From Octopus bimaculoides (taxonomy: Eukaryota), in contig NC_069004.1 in NCBI RefSeq assembly GCF_001194135.2, forward strand, positions 5,430,626 to 5,467,113: DNA of 36,488 nt, written 5' to 3'. Positions 21,796 through 33,829 of this stretch are shown in pieces. Within the stretch, counting starts at the first letter, position 1. The number at the start of each line of letters is the position of its first letter. Both the position numbers and the translations under genes were made by a program. The notes beneath the pieces were generated by a model. That model ran no database searches, was not told the DNA's origin, and worked only from the letters and a program-made list of their open reading frames with translations.

Positions 21796-21840
21796 AACTA
21801 TCTATCTGCTTATCTTTACATTGTGTGTGTGTGTGTGTGC
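21660..21840. repeat. (TATC)n then (TG)n
   Basis: Directly visible. Confidence 0.96.
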
Positions 21841-22004
21841 ATTTATATGCAGTACGATTATTATTGTCATCACATTTGTGTATAGAATTAATATGCAACT
21901 GTTAGACACAGATGCACGCGCGCAGAGCTAATACCAAATTACCTAGAATAAATAGATTTATAAATATCAACTTCATCTTTACGAGTCAGCGTGGTGCCCT
22001 TTGT

Positions 22005-22150
22005 ATGCATGATCGACCTGCTAGAAATAACAGGCAAGTCTTCGATGAGGTGCCCACTATAGTCTTGCAAAAATGTGGTGGTGGTGGTCTCGACAGGAAG
22101 GCTTCGATTGTGAATCTGCACGCTTAGCATTTATCTCGAGCTAAACAACA
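22005..22150 (+). mobile_element. Family F repeat, diverged and deleted
   Basis: GACCTGCTAGAAATAACAG head and GAGCTAAACAACAC tail. Confidence 0.5.
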
Positions 22151-22258
22151 CTTTGTCGAGAACGCTAATATATAATAGCATAGTTCGCCGCTTTATCCGC
22201 ATAAAGATTGTTATACATTGATTAAATGGATTTAGTTGAACAACCTTCACATGCTGTG

Positions 22259-22292
<34 letters not shown>

Positions 22293-23396
22293 GGTGACAT
22301 AGGTGTGCATGCATCAGAGCATACAAGCAATCACGAGTGTTGTGTGTTTGTGCGTGTGACCGCGTTACTGTTTATACAAACAAACGGCGGGAGTACGTGC
22401 ACGCACAAATGAAAAATTAATTAATAGATAAATTGATTAATAAATAAACACACACACACACACACATACTTTATAGAATTTATATGCTTAGATGAACGTA
22501 AAGAGTAGGGAACAAAAGAATGATATGAATGAGGCTTAAACGAACGAACGAATGAAAGAAATGNNNNNNNNNNNNNNNNNNNNNNNNNNNNNNNNNNNNN
22601 NNNNNNNNNNNNNNNNNNNNNNNNNNNNNNNNNNNNNNNNNNNNNNNNNNNNNNNNNNNNNNNNNNNNNNNNNNNNNNNNNNNNNNNNNNNNNNNNNNNN
22701 NNNNNNNNNNNNNNNNNNNNNNNNNNNNNNNNNNNNNNNNNNNNNNNNNNNNNNNNNNNNNNNNNNNNNNNNNNNNNNNNNNNNNNNNNNNNNNNNNNNN
22801 NNNNNNNNNNNNNNNNNNNNNNNNNNNNNNNNNNNNNNNNNNNNNNNNNNNNNNNNNNNNNNNNNNNNNNNNNNNNNNNNNNNNNNNNNNNNNNNNNNNN
22901 NNNNNNNNNNNNNNNNNNNNNNNNNNNNNNNNNNNNNNNNNNNNNNNNNNNNNNNNNNNNNNNNNNNNNNNNNNNNNNNNNNNNNNNNNNNNNNNNNNNN
23001 NNNNNNNNNNNNNNNNNNNNNNNNNNNNNNNNNNNNNNNNNNNNNNNNNNNNNNNNNNNNNNNNNNNNNNNNNNNNNNNNNNNNNNNNNNNNNNNNNNNN
23101 NNNNNNNNNNNNNNNNNNNNNNNNNNNNNNNNNNNNNNNNNNNNNNNNNNNNNNNNNNNNNNNNNNNNNNNNNNNNNNNNNNNNNNNNNNNNNNNNNNNN
23201 NNNNNNNNNNNNNNNNNNNNNNNNNNNNNNNNNNNNNNNNNNNNNNNNNNNNNNNNNNNNNNNNNNNNNNNNNNNNNNNNNNNNNNNNNNNNNNNNNNNN
23301 NNNNNNNNNNNNNNNNNNNNNNNNNNNNNNNNNNNNNNNNNNNNNNNNNNNNNNNNNNNNNNNNNNNNNNNNNNNNNNNNNNNNNNATATATATAC

Positions 23397-23559
23397 GACG
23401 GGCTTCTTCCAGTTTCCGTCTACCAAATCCACTCACAAGGCTTTGGTCGGCCCGAGGCTATAGTAGAAGTCACTTGGCCTAGGTGCCACGCAGTGGGACT
23501 GAACCCGGGACCATGTGGTTGGTAAGCAAGTCACTTACCACACAGCCACTCCTGCGCCT
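23397..23559 (-). mobile_element. SINE family A, well conserved copy
   Basis: Full head and central domain; (TA)n runs into the gap. Confidence 0.93.
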
Positions 23560-25044
23560 ATATATATTCTTATGGGTCTCCGAATTTAAAGGGAGCAGCA
23601 TAGGCGGTCCCTCTTAACTCCGTCGATTGTCCAACTATACGAATTCGTTTTATGTAGACATACGGCTGCATAAAAACAGACACAGCTATATAAAGAAGCA
23701 AACACACACTCACATTTATTAAGAAGCCATTAGACCCCTCCCTTAATATCTGTGTAAGGGTGGTAAGTGCGTTACAATGTGTGTGCGTCTGTGTAAGAGT
23801 TGCTGCCCTTGCATTAAGCCTCTATAATTTTGCCCTTACAGATATATGGAGATATTTTTGTCTACTATAACGGAATTCTTGTTATTCTTTGTTTCGTTTT
23901 CGGTGTGTGTGTATGCGTGTGAGACAGAGAGAGAGAGAGAGACTAATTTGGATATTGATTTGGAAAATGGTGTTTGCGTGTTTTATCAACTCTTATACTG
24001 AAGGCATGTGTGTATGTGTGTGTATGTGTAAATGTGCATACGTTACTAACTATAATATATATGTTGTGCGACGTGAGTGTGTGTATGTATGTATGCGTGT
24101 GTGTGTGAGTGTGTTTGATAGTGACTCAGATATTGATTGAAGACTGGAAGTGTTTGTATGTATTTGTATACGTATATATAGCTATGTGTAATGTTCACAC
24201 ATTACTATGAGGTGGAGTAAGTATTTAATGTGTGTATAAATATGTGTGTGTGTGGGTGTGCGTCTTACTGGGATAAAAATATTGTACAGTTTGTATGTGT
24301 GTGTGTGTGTGTGTTCATTTTACTAACTTTGTTATAAGCAGAAGACTTAAAACGTAAGTGTGTGGTTTTTATTAACTGATAGAGATAAAACAGCTAAGGT
24401 GAGTGTGTGTGTGTGTGTTACATGTAGACACATGTAGACTGAAGACCATTGTTGGTATTGGAATTTAGAAAAAAAAACAACAACCAAACAAACAAACAAA
24501 CAATGAGTGGTTTAAGGTTGTAAAAGAATAATAAAAAGAAAAAAAAAACAAATGAATGCACAAAAGATATTATCATAAATTTTGCATATTTGGCGCTGTT
24601 TTTAACCGAAGTTTGGCTGCGCATAACATATTCTAGTCTATTGTCTGAACAAAGATACGAAAATATTGTCTGTCCCATACCAGACTACCAAGATTTAGTT
24701 CTTTGTGGAACTGTCTCTCTTTCTCTCTGTTTCTCCTTCTCTTTGTCTCTCTTCCTCTCTGTCTCTCTTCCTCTCTGTCTCCCTTCCTATTCCTAGGGAT
24801 CTGCTCACTAGGAAACATATGTAGCCTGGATTTTATCCAATCCAATCCCTAATTCTGGATTTTTATTCGCATACACACTAACCCCTACAGCTTATCGAAC
24901 TTTGATACAGGGAAAAATTTACAACATTCTAAATCAATAAACCACTGTTACTGAAAGTTGTTTTTTTTTTATGCTATTTATAGACTGCTTGAAGCTTATT
25001 ATCTTCCTACACCTTGATCCAAGGATCTTACCTTTACATATGTG

Positions 25045-25242
25045 TGTGTGTGTTCTCCACTTCCACTGCTTGACAACTATTGTTGGTGTGTATACGTCCC
25101 TGTAACTTAGCAGTTTGGCAAAAGAGACTGATAGAATAAGTACCAGGTTTAAAAGAAAAAAAAAACATTAGTACTGGAGTTCCTTCGAGGCAGTGCTCCA
25201 ACATGGCCACAGTCAAATGACTGAAACGAGTAAAAGATAAAA
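25045..25242 (+). mobile_element. SINE family A/B, B part
   Basis: GCTTGACAAC...GTAACTTAGCAGTTTGGCAAAAGAGACTGATAGAATAAGTACC...CAGTCAAATGACTGAAAC. Confidence 0.85.
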
Positions 25243-25572
25243 GATGCTTTAATGTATGCCATAAATGAGAAAAAACGGGAAACAATAAATAAATAAATAA
25301 ATAAACAACATGGTTCCATTAGGTTTTCATTTTTATTAAAAAAAAAAGAAAACAAAAAAGGGCATTGAGGTTTTTCCTATTTTGGTTTCTACTTCGAAGC
25401 CTCTAATTATTCCATGTAATAATCTAGCGCTATCTTAACATTTCTTCTAACTTTGATCCTTTGTTCAAAACATGGATTATTTCGCTAAGGCTTTTAGATA
25501 AGATCTCTTTCATTAGAACCAGCTGCAGTTGTCTCTGTTTTTGCTTTCTGAACTAATTACTTGCAGTTCTGT

Positions 25573-26140
25573 TTAACCCCTTATTCCTTTCCTTGCCATA
25601 TTTCTGTAGAAATTCACTGCCTTTGTTGCAATTAATTTTGATAAAATAATGAAGGGTTAAATAATAAGATAACTTTATCATTATTAACCCTTTTGTTGTT
25701 ACCATATTCCTACTGAAATACTCTGCTTTTTAATGCAATTAATTTTGAATATAATGAAGATTTTAATAAAATGACATGTTTGGAGCTTTGAATTTACATG
25801 AAATTTTGACTGGAAGTTTAAATTTAGATCATTTTAACCATTTCCTTACTGTATTTCTGTAGAAATTCACTGCATTTGTTCCAATTAATTTTGAAAATAA
25901 GGTAAAATCTAATAAAATAACTTGGTCAATATTAAGGTAATGTTTGGAAGTTGAATTTGTATAAAAAATTTTGGTTAAAAGTTTTAATTTAGATCATTTA
26001 AACCCTTTCCTTACCATTTTTCTGTAGAAATTCACTGCCTTTGCTATAATTAATTTTGAAAATGATGAAGAATATAGTAAAGTAATTTTATCCGTCTTAT
26101 GGTGATATTTGGGACTTAATTTCACATAGAATTTAGACCA
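25573..26140 (+). repeat. Second tandem array (4 units) of the TTAA|CCC-ended AT-rich element
   Basis: Units restart at TTAA at 25573, 25684, 25834 and 25998; same body as 3470-4418. Confidence 0.82.
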
Positions 26141-26287
26141 CTGCAGGTGAGTGGACTGGAGCAACATGAAATGAAATGTTTTGCTCAAGAACACAACACA
26201 ACACAACACATCACCCAGTCCAGGGATTGAAACCACAATCTTACAATCATGATTCCAACACCCTAACCACTAAGCTATGTGCCTCCA
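26139..26287 (-). mobile_element. tRNA-derived SINE family D, 3'-truncated
   Basis: GTGGACTGGAGCAACATGAAATG...CCAGGGATTGAAACC...CCCTAACCACTAAGC. Confidence 0.85.
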
Positions 26288-26392
26288 AGTTATTTTACTA
26301 AATCCTTCAAAATTAACATAAACAAAAGCCGTGTATTTCAGAAGAAATATGGCAATTGGAAGATTCTATTTTTCATTACTTGCACAATGTAA

Positions 26393-26458
26393 TGTGCCGT
26401 GGGACTGAACCTGAGACCATGTGGTTGACAAGCAAACTCCTTACCACTCACCCACGCT
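26393..26458 (-). mobile_element. SINE family A head fragment
   Basis: GTGGGACTGAACCTGAGACCATGTGGTTG. Confidence 0.7.
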
Positions 26459-26865
26459 CACTCCTATACACAATCATTAATCTAACAACTATGCATCTTG
26501 TAACATCGATGCACGTTGCTGCAGTTCAGCAAGCAGATGTGTAGTGTTCTGCATGTTATAGTGCAGTTTGGGTGCAGGTGGATGCTATATGCAGCTTGTG
26601 TGCATGTGTGTATTTGTGTGCTTCGGTTTGATGCATTAGATGTGAATTATCACAGTTAGCAGGTGCACTTGAATTCAGGTTTTATTGCAGTTTCTGTTGG
26701 CTTAAATGTCATGCAACGGAGAACTGCGCACTTTGGAATAGAACTGTGCAGATGGATACAATTTAATGTTTACACATGCTCAAGTGCATGCATACACACA
26801 CACACACACTCTCTTACCGAATTCTCTTTCACCCAAAGAAAGCCATACTTAGTAACAGCAAAGCA

Positions 26866-26977
26866 AGCTCATAGAATTGCTAACCTATCAGACAAGATGC
26901 TTAGTAGCATTTCTTGTGGCTCTTGATATTCTGAGTTCAAATCCTGCCCAGATCAGCTAAAAGCCTTTCATCCTTTT
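26866..26977 (+). mobile_element. Diverged SINE family C 5' half
   Basis: TTCTGAGTTCAAATCCTG...GCCTTTCATCCTTT. Confidence 0.6.
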
Positions 26978-26978
26978 A

Positions 26979-27110
26979 GTTAGTTCTCTTTGTGCCACGA
27001 GGCACACAAGGCCACAACACGATCTCTCCAACCAGCTCTGTTTTCTGCCACTGTTCTGGTCTAATTCCAGCTTCTCCACCCTTCTTGTCTCCTTTCCTTG
27101 TCAATGGTCA
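26979..27110 (-). mobile_element. 3' end of an RTE-type LINE
   Basis: Minus strand encodes ..RKQSWWRDRVVALCASWHKEN*, resembling the WRxxVxALCAxxHxED end of RTE ORFs. Confidence 0.55.
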
Positions 27111-27174
27111 TTCTGGAGTCGAATTAAAACCAACCAAGCACTGCAGATCACTGTAATCGATTTAGTCGCTACCC

Positions 27175-27207
<33 letters not shown>

Positions 27208-27208
27208 G

Positions 27209-27400
27209 GTGATTAACTGGCTGAATCATTAGCATGCCGAAGGAGATGCTTATTAGTATTTAGCTTGTCGCTACGTTCTGAGTTCAAATTCCGCTGAGGT
27301 CGACTTCGCACCGGGGTCGATGTAATCAACTTAATCCCTGCTCCCCAAATGTGAGGCCTTGTGCTTCCAGTAGAAAGGATTATTATCATTAATATTATTA

Positions 27401-27430
<30 letters not shown>
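27209..27430 (+). mobile_element. SINE family C with internal deletion, between (ATT)n tracts
   Basis: TTCTGAGTTCAAATTCCGCTGAGGTCGAC...GGGGTCGATGTAATC...GTAGAAAGGATTATT. Confidence 0.88.
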
Positions 27431-27432
<2 letters not shown>

Positions 27433-27664
27433 TCTTCCTCTGTATTCCTCATCCTGCTCTGTTATTACAAACTTATAACTCTGCCTTGATNNNNNNNNNN
27501 NNNNNNNNNNNNNNNNNNNNNNNNNNNNNNNNNNNNNNNNNNNNNNNNNNNNNNNNNNNNNNNNNNNNNNNNNNNNNNNNNNNNNNNNNNNNNNNNNNNN
27601 NNNNNNNNNNNNNNNNNNNNNNNNNNNNNNNNNNNNNNNNNNNNNCACACACACATTTATACAT

Positions 27665-27697
<33 letters not shown>

Positions 27698-28092
27698 TAC
27701 ACCTAAAACAAACACATCTGTTTGTGACTTTCAAAGAACTGTGAAGGAATTTGGAGAGATTTGAAACAGGAAGCTGGTCCGATATGTCTGTGTGGGGTAG
27801 GTTGTGGTGGGATGGTGGAGTGAACGGTGGTGGTGGTGGTGGGGGAGTAGTAGGAGATGATGGTTGGTCGTGGGTGGTGGTAAGATGCCATCTTGCATCT
27901 GCGTAATTCTTCCAGCTGACAGTCCACCACCACCACCACCACCATCGGCACCCTCTTTTCCTTCTCCTCCCTATTTCTATTTCTTTCTCCCTCTGTCCCC
28001 GCAAGAACCTCCTTCTCTATGCTGCTTACTGCAATTAAGGGGTCATAAATAGTGAAATATAAATGTTTTGAAGAGTAATGGAATGAAACAAA

Positions 28093-28203
<111 letters not shown>

Positions 28204-28428
28204 GAGGTGGTAAACTGTCTTTAGTCATTAGCGTGCTGAGTGAAATGCTTAGCAGCATTTCAACTATCTTTACGTTCTGGGTTTAAACTCAGCTGAGGTC
28301 GACTTTGCCTTTCATTCTTTCAGCGTCAAAGGAAACAGTATTAGTTGGGTTCTGAGCCCAATGTAATTGACTGGCCCCTTCTCAAGTTTTCAGGTCTTGT
28401 GCCTATATCAGAAAGAATTTTTATTAAG
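28204..28428 (+). mobile_element. Diverged SINE family C
   Basis: GCTGAGGTCGACTTTGCCTTTCATTCTTTC...CAGGTCTTGTGCCTATATCAGAAAG. Confidence 0.8.
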
Positions 28429-28429
28429 T

Positions 28430-28920
28430 TGGCCAGTGTACTGGGTGTTCTCTGTGTGGCACCGTACAGGTGCTCTTTACAAGACACCAGAACAAGTGCT
28501 TTTTTTTTTTTTTTGTGGCACTGGCATAAATACTTTTCACCTGCGCTGGTGCCATTTAAAAGCACCTGTGCCAGTGACACATAAGAAGCACCTGTACTGG
28601 TCTTACATAAAAAGTATTCAGGACACTCTGTAGAGTGTTTGGCGCTAGGAAGGGCATTCGGCCATAGAAACCATAAAATGCACCCAGTGTGCTTTGTAAA
28701 GTGTTTGGCTTTAGAAAGGGTGTCCAGCCATAGAAACTATAAAATGCACCCAGTACACTCTGTAAAGTGTTTGGCTTTAGAAAGGGTCTCCAGCTGTAGA
28801 AACTCTGCCAAAACAGACAATAGGAGCCTGGTGCAGCTCTGCTATTTGCCAGCTCCTGTCAAACCCTCCAACCCATGCCAACATGGAAAATGAACATTAA
28901 ATGATGACGATGACGGTGAT
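28430..28920 (+). mobile_element. Family E repeat: inverted subrepeats of about 26 bp, 3 x 66-bp tandem units, RTE-type tail with (GAT)n
   Basis: 66-bp units start at 28608, 28674 and 28740; tail CCAACCCATGCCAACATGGAAAATGAACATTAAATGATGACGATG. Confidence 0.8.
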
Positions 28921-29254
28921 GTGGAAAGCTGCTATTGTGACTCTCATACAGACCCATTCTTTGTTTTGGGAAAAGGATAACTAAAACCGAAATGAACCAA
29001 TAAACGTGGTCGGTTTTTATTCAATTCCATTGTTCCTTTCCAAAATGAAGAACGGCTGTTTATTAACAGAACTGTCATGAAGAACAACAGATCTTTGATG
29101 GGAAGATTGAGCTTCCAAATTGTTTTGAGGCTATTGCTCTGTAAACGTGAAAATGGTAAATCAAATTTTTGGCAGAGTCTTGGATCTTTCAGATTTTACA
29201 GACACACAGCGAAACTATTTCCTTACAAATGATGTTCCTGCTTCTATTAATAAC

Positions 29255-29490
29255 ATATTTCATCTTTTATCTTTGAAATTATTTCAGTCATTGGACTGTG
29301 GCCATGCTGGGGCACTGTCTCGAAGAGTTTTAGTCGAATAAATTGACTCCAGTCCTTATTTTTTTTGTTTTAATTGTCTGATACTTATTCTGTTTGTCGC
29401 TTTGGCCAAGTTAGAGGACATAAACAAACCGACACTGGTTTTCAAGCATTGACGGAGGAGAAACAAAGATACACACACAAACATATATCT
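29255..29490 (-). mobile_element. SINE family A/B, diverged B part
   Basis: TTCAGTCATTGGACTGTGGCCATGCTGG. Confidence 0.75.
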
Positions 29491-29509
29491 AATCCCAAAT
29501 CATTATCTT

Positions 29510-29864
29510 TGACATATTTTAGTCATTAGACTGTGGCCATACTGGGGCATCGCGTTGAACTTTTAGTTGAATGAATTGATCCCAGGACTTATTTTTATAA
29601 ACATGGTACTTATTCTATTGATCTCTTTTACCAAACTGATAAGTTGCAGGGACATAAACACACCCACTTTGGTTGTCAAGTGGTGGTGAGGAGGAAGAAC
29701 ACACACACACACACACACACACATATGATGGGCTTATTTCAGTTTCCGTCTACCAAATACACTCACAAGGCTTTGGTAGGCCTGGGTTTATAATAGAAGA
29801 TACTTGCTCAAGGTGCCACGCAGTGGGACTGAACCTGGAACCATGTGGTTGGGAAGCAAGCTCC
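29510..29864 (-). mobile_element. SINE family A/B, near full length
   Basis: B part, (CA)n, A central domain and B-box; the extreme 5' end is missing. Confidence 0.88.
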
Positions 29865-30028
29865 ATTGACTCTCAGATATGTCTTTGAGTTCTTTATTTC
29901 AAGCCGCTGGACATGGCTTTTTATATAATTTGCCACCCCCAAAATATATATATATAGGATTAAAAAAGGGGGGTGGGTAGGGATCCTTCCAGAGTCATAT
30001 ATATTCATAGGGCTGGTTTCTTGACTTA

Positions 30029-30206
30029 GCCCTGGATGGGACGTCGGTCTGTTGCAGGATTACTCATTTTTGCCAGCTTAGTGGACTGGTGCAACATGAA
30101 ATGAAGTGTTTTGCTCAAGAACACAATGTGTTGCTTAGTCCAGGGATTGAAACCACAATCTTAAGATTGTGAGTGCAACACCTTCACCACTAAGCCGCAT
30201 GTCTCC
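30029..30206 (-). mobile_element. tRNA-derived SINE family D
   Basis: Same motifs as 6430-6620. Confidence 0.85.
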
Positions 30207-30237
30207 ACATACACACACACCCAAATACACATGTGTA

Positions 30238-30392
30238 GCAGGTTTCCATACAGTTTCCATCTACCAAATTGACCCACAAGATTTTTTTTCAGCTTGGGGC
30301 TATAATAGGAAACCCTGGCCCAAGGTGCCATGCAGCAGGACTGAAACCAAAACCATGTGGTTGCAAAGCAAGTCTCTTAACTACACAGCCAC
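30238..30392 (-). mobile_element. Diverged SINE family A
   Basis: CAGTTTCCATCTACCAAAT...CCAAGGTGCCATGCAG...CCATGTGGTTG. Confidence 0.8.
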
Positions 30393-30454
30393 CATACATG
30401 TGCTGGTGATGAAGACCACATGTTCAAATTATTCCTTTGTAGTTCCTGAAACAG

Positions 30455-30895
30455 TCATCCTGTAAATTTTGATTGAGTGTCTAACCATAATTTGGATCCC
30501 TTGAGAAGAGGATATGCTATAACGCTATTGAGAAATTTAAGTAAGGCTAATGGGCTTCATAATGGATCCAAAATAACCAATATCACATTTACGTGATGGA
30601 ATAATTGAAGGCAATATCGTTAGAGAAAGCGAACATTATAGAATCCATGTCATTGCACCAAGAATTAAACAGAGACCTTCTGACACCGTGTTGCCATTAT
30701 AACTTCGATTCCAGAACATCTTTCACAATGACGAGCAATAAATCTCAAAGGCAATCATGTAGAGTAATAGGTCTGTTCTTTCTAACTGATCTTATTTGTT
30801 TCATGAAGAATTCCGAGAGCATTGCAAGAGGGAATTCTATGCATCTCTGTCAAAAAAAAAAAAATTGCACGATATATATGCAGTTTAGAGTGATT
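30455..30895 (+). pseudogene. Degraded Helitron-type PIF1 helicase C-terminal fragment
   Basis: LRRGYAITLLRNLSKANGLHNGSKI / LRDGIIEGNI..APRIKQRPSDTVLP / SFTMTSNKSQRQS..IGLF; cf. PIF1 MLLRNL-GLCNG, PRI-PSD-LP and FAMTINKSQGQ motifs; frameshifts and stops present. Confidence 0.87.
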
Positions 30896-30934
30896 ATGTT
30901 GTGAGACTGTCGCCAATGTTAAATCAACTCATTT

Positions 30935-30946
30935 CTGTGTGTATAT

Positions 30947-31042
<96 letters not shown>

Positions 31043-31200
31043 GTATATGTTTGTGTGTTATATATATGTGTTTGTGCTTGTGTATATATATGCATGTATG
31101 TTAGTATATGTGTATGTTAGTGTGTATATGTGTGTGTTTGTGTATATGTGCATATGTCTGTCTATGTTTGTGTGTATATATGTGTATGCATATGTTTACA
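30935..31200. repeat. (TG)n/(TA)n field
   Basis: Directly visible. Confidence 0.96.
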
Positions 31201-31261
31201 TGGGTTTAATGATATTGCAGAAGGCCTGATTGGAGGCCCAACCTTCCGAGATCTTTAACAG

Positions 31262-31385
31262 ATCTTTGAGAAACTGAAGGACTGCTGCTATGAGTGTGCG
31301 AATCTGAGAGGGGAATATGTTGAATAAAACCATAATGGACTGATCCTCTTGTATTTTCCTTTTACTCAATACTCAGCACCCCTTT
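31262..31385 (+). mobile_element. mariner-type element right end (transposase C-terminus plus decayed TIR)
   Basis: IFEKLKDCCYECANLRGEYVE* (31262-31327), cf. RWxKCVxxxGxYxE; CAGCACCCC end. Confidence 0.72.
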
Positions 31386-31394
31386 GTGTCTGCT

Positions 31395-31898
31395 CGTCTC
31401 AAACAGAAAAGGCACACACACACACACTTGCTCTCTCTCACTCTCTGTCACACACATATACATGGACAGTTACATATACTCATACATATATACACCCAAA
31501 CACACACACATGTACTCACACATACACACATTCTCTCTCTTTCTCTCTTTCTCTTCAAGCACCACACACTCATACACCCACACTGAGAGTTACTTATACA
31601 CATACATACGTATACCCAAACACACCCACACACACAATGATACACTCACCTGGAGCACCTGCCNNNNNNNNNNTCTTGGATTCCTCTTCCAGTGTTGATT
31701 GATTCTCTCTCTTTCTCCTTCTCTTTCTCTCTCTCCTTCTCTTTCTCTCTATCCCTCTCTCTCTCTCTCTCTTTCTCTCCCTCTCTCTATTTCCCCTCTC
31801 TCTTTCCTCCCTCCCTGTCCTTTCTTTGCTCCCACCCACAGTGATGTTCCACTTCATTCTTTTTTCTCTTCTTTAGATATTGTTTCATACATACATAC

Positions 31899-31929
<31 letters not shown>

Positions 31930-32007
31930 TATACACATGTGGGTGTATATGTTTATATACATGTGTGTACCTGTGTGTCCATACATATATATCTGTATGT
32001 GTATATA

Positions 32008-32054
<47 letters not shown>

Positions 32055-32288
32055 ATGTACATGTGTGTGTGTATATATGTATGTGTGTGTGTACGTGTAT
32101 ATGTGCATGTGTGTGTGTGTGTGTGTATAATATGTATATAATATGTATATACATATACATAGGTTTGATAAGTGCCACGTATGAAATTCTCAGCCCTTGA
32201 ATCACTTTTGAAACTTTTCTGCTGACTAAAACACACACACACACACACACACACATTTGTGTGTGCGTGTCTATATATNNNNNNNNNN

Positions 32289-32319
<31 letters not shown>

Positions 32320-32320
32320 A
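31395..32320. repeat. (CA)/(CT)/(TA)/(TG) field
   Basis: Directly visible. Confidence 0.94.
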
Positions 32321-32904
32321 CTCATTTGCGTATATACGTTTTATGTGAAGCAGTTTAAATAGCTGAAACTATCTTAACGTGTCAAGAAAAAACTGCAGTA
32401 AATCATATCCAATCACTGTTTAACATCACAAACAACAGCAACAAAAGAGTGGCAAGGGAGGTAACTCGTTGAGATCCATTCCTATTTGTATTTGTCTTCC
32501 ATTTCCAATAATGTAATACAGCTGATAGCATTGGGATTATCACCCTTATTGTTATCAGATATATCAGATATCGTTAGATATTAAACACCCTTGGCAGGAG
32601 TTTATTTCTGGTGATTACATTCTAGGTTGGTATAATCTGCACACCCAAACAATATAAATTGAATATTGAATATCAAGATTCCGTGTAGGGTTGTTTGTAC
32701 CTGATATTCCTGCCGTGTGTGCAGACAATGCAACCCAGCTAAGTGAAGATATCCGCTCTTGGTAATTCAGACATGTACTTTTTGTAAAGGTACTTTCTGT
32801 AGTATTTCCGAAGTGCTGATTCCAAGTTAGGTGAGCAGGATATAAATGAGTAACGGAGATGTACACGTATTGTCTGTACATCTTTGTTACATATTTATGT
32901 ATAT

Positions 32905-33045
32905 ATTGGTGGCATGTAAAAAGCACCTTTCGAGTGTTTGGCCTCATGGAAGCAATGACAAATGAATGAAACCTTTTGACTGTTTGCCGTTCTTGATTAG
33001 AAGACCCATCAAGCCAAGTGAAATCGTAGTTTTGGCAATCTTAGT
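32905..33045 (+). mobile_element. Family E-related fragment
   Basis: GGTGGCATGTAAAAAGCACC subrepeat as at 28545-28620. Confidence 0.45.
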
Positions 33046-33691
33046 TGTATATAAATACTTATATATGGCTGTGTGTGTGTGTTTAAATGCATGTGTGTGT
33101 ATCTCTATATCTTGACATCATGCCGTGGTTTGTAAACAAGCATGTGGTATCCTTCATTGTGAACCCTATGTTATTGTACCTAGCCATTTCTGGCATCCTA
33201 CATGTTGACATGCCTTGATTCTAATAAATCATATTACTAATCTGCATGTGTGTATATAGATAATTATACACACACACACAAGCTCCCATATGCACACAAC
33301 ATAATTTTAAGCTTGCCCATGCATACAGTCACACACATGCCCGCATTCACACATACTCAAACACACCATTCTTGCATACACACACACACACACACACTTG
33401 TGCACCCCAGTTCAGCTGGGTCACCATTTGTATCTCCCCTTCACTCAGCCACTTTCTTCCAGTCATCTTGTTAAACTGTTAACCCCTACACATTTTCTAC
33501 TCCCTTTATTTTTTCTGTATTTTTTTTTCCTCTTATCCCTGTCTGTTGAAGAGCGTAGGCTCAAAATGTCAAAGACTTTTCTATTCTTCCCAAGCATCAA
33601 ACTAATACACCTGCTCGTTGCTCCCTCACCTGTCTTCCTTTATTTTCTGTAAATTTGAACTATATATATATATATATATATATACATATAC

Positions 33692-33742
<51 letters not shown>

Positions 33743-33796
33743 CATACATACACATACATACATGACACTTTATATATATTTGTATTTCATAATTAA

Positions 33797-33829
33797 CTAA
33801 TTAATATTTTGTTTTTATTTTAGGTAAGT
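33797..33829 (+). promoter_or_regulatory. Candidate 3' splice site fused to a 5' splice site (recursive splice site / ratchet point)
   Basis: CTAAT branch motif (33797-33801), T-rich tract, TAG (33821-33823), then GTAAGT (33824-33829). Confidence 0.5.

Noticed and set aside
23842-23902. Possible 61-nt + strand exon (TTTTGCCCTTACAG acceptor; IYGDIFVYYNGILVILCFVF)
   Set aside because: The donor is only GTGTGT from a (TG)n tract, and there is no recognisable homology.
27790-27945. G-rich tract (G4?) and GGT/ACC fold-back
   Set aside because: Mostly GG runs from (GGT)n; explained by simple repeats.
29147-29341. 64-aa ORF MKMVNQIFGRV...
   Set aside because: Its 3' third is antisense SINE B sequence; the remainder has no recognisable homology.
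31640-31710. Strong minus-strand donor CAG|GTGAGT next to a gap
   Set aside because: No acceptor upstream (GA-rich tract), and the putative exon is interrupted by Ns.
32615-32947. 110-aa non-repetitive ORF, and a possible + strand exon at about 32677-32760
   Set aside because: No recognisable motif; weak acceptor; the ORF start lies in a repeat fragment.
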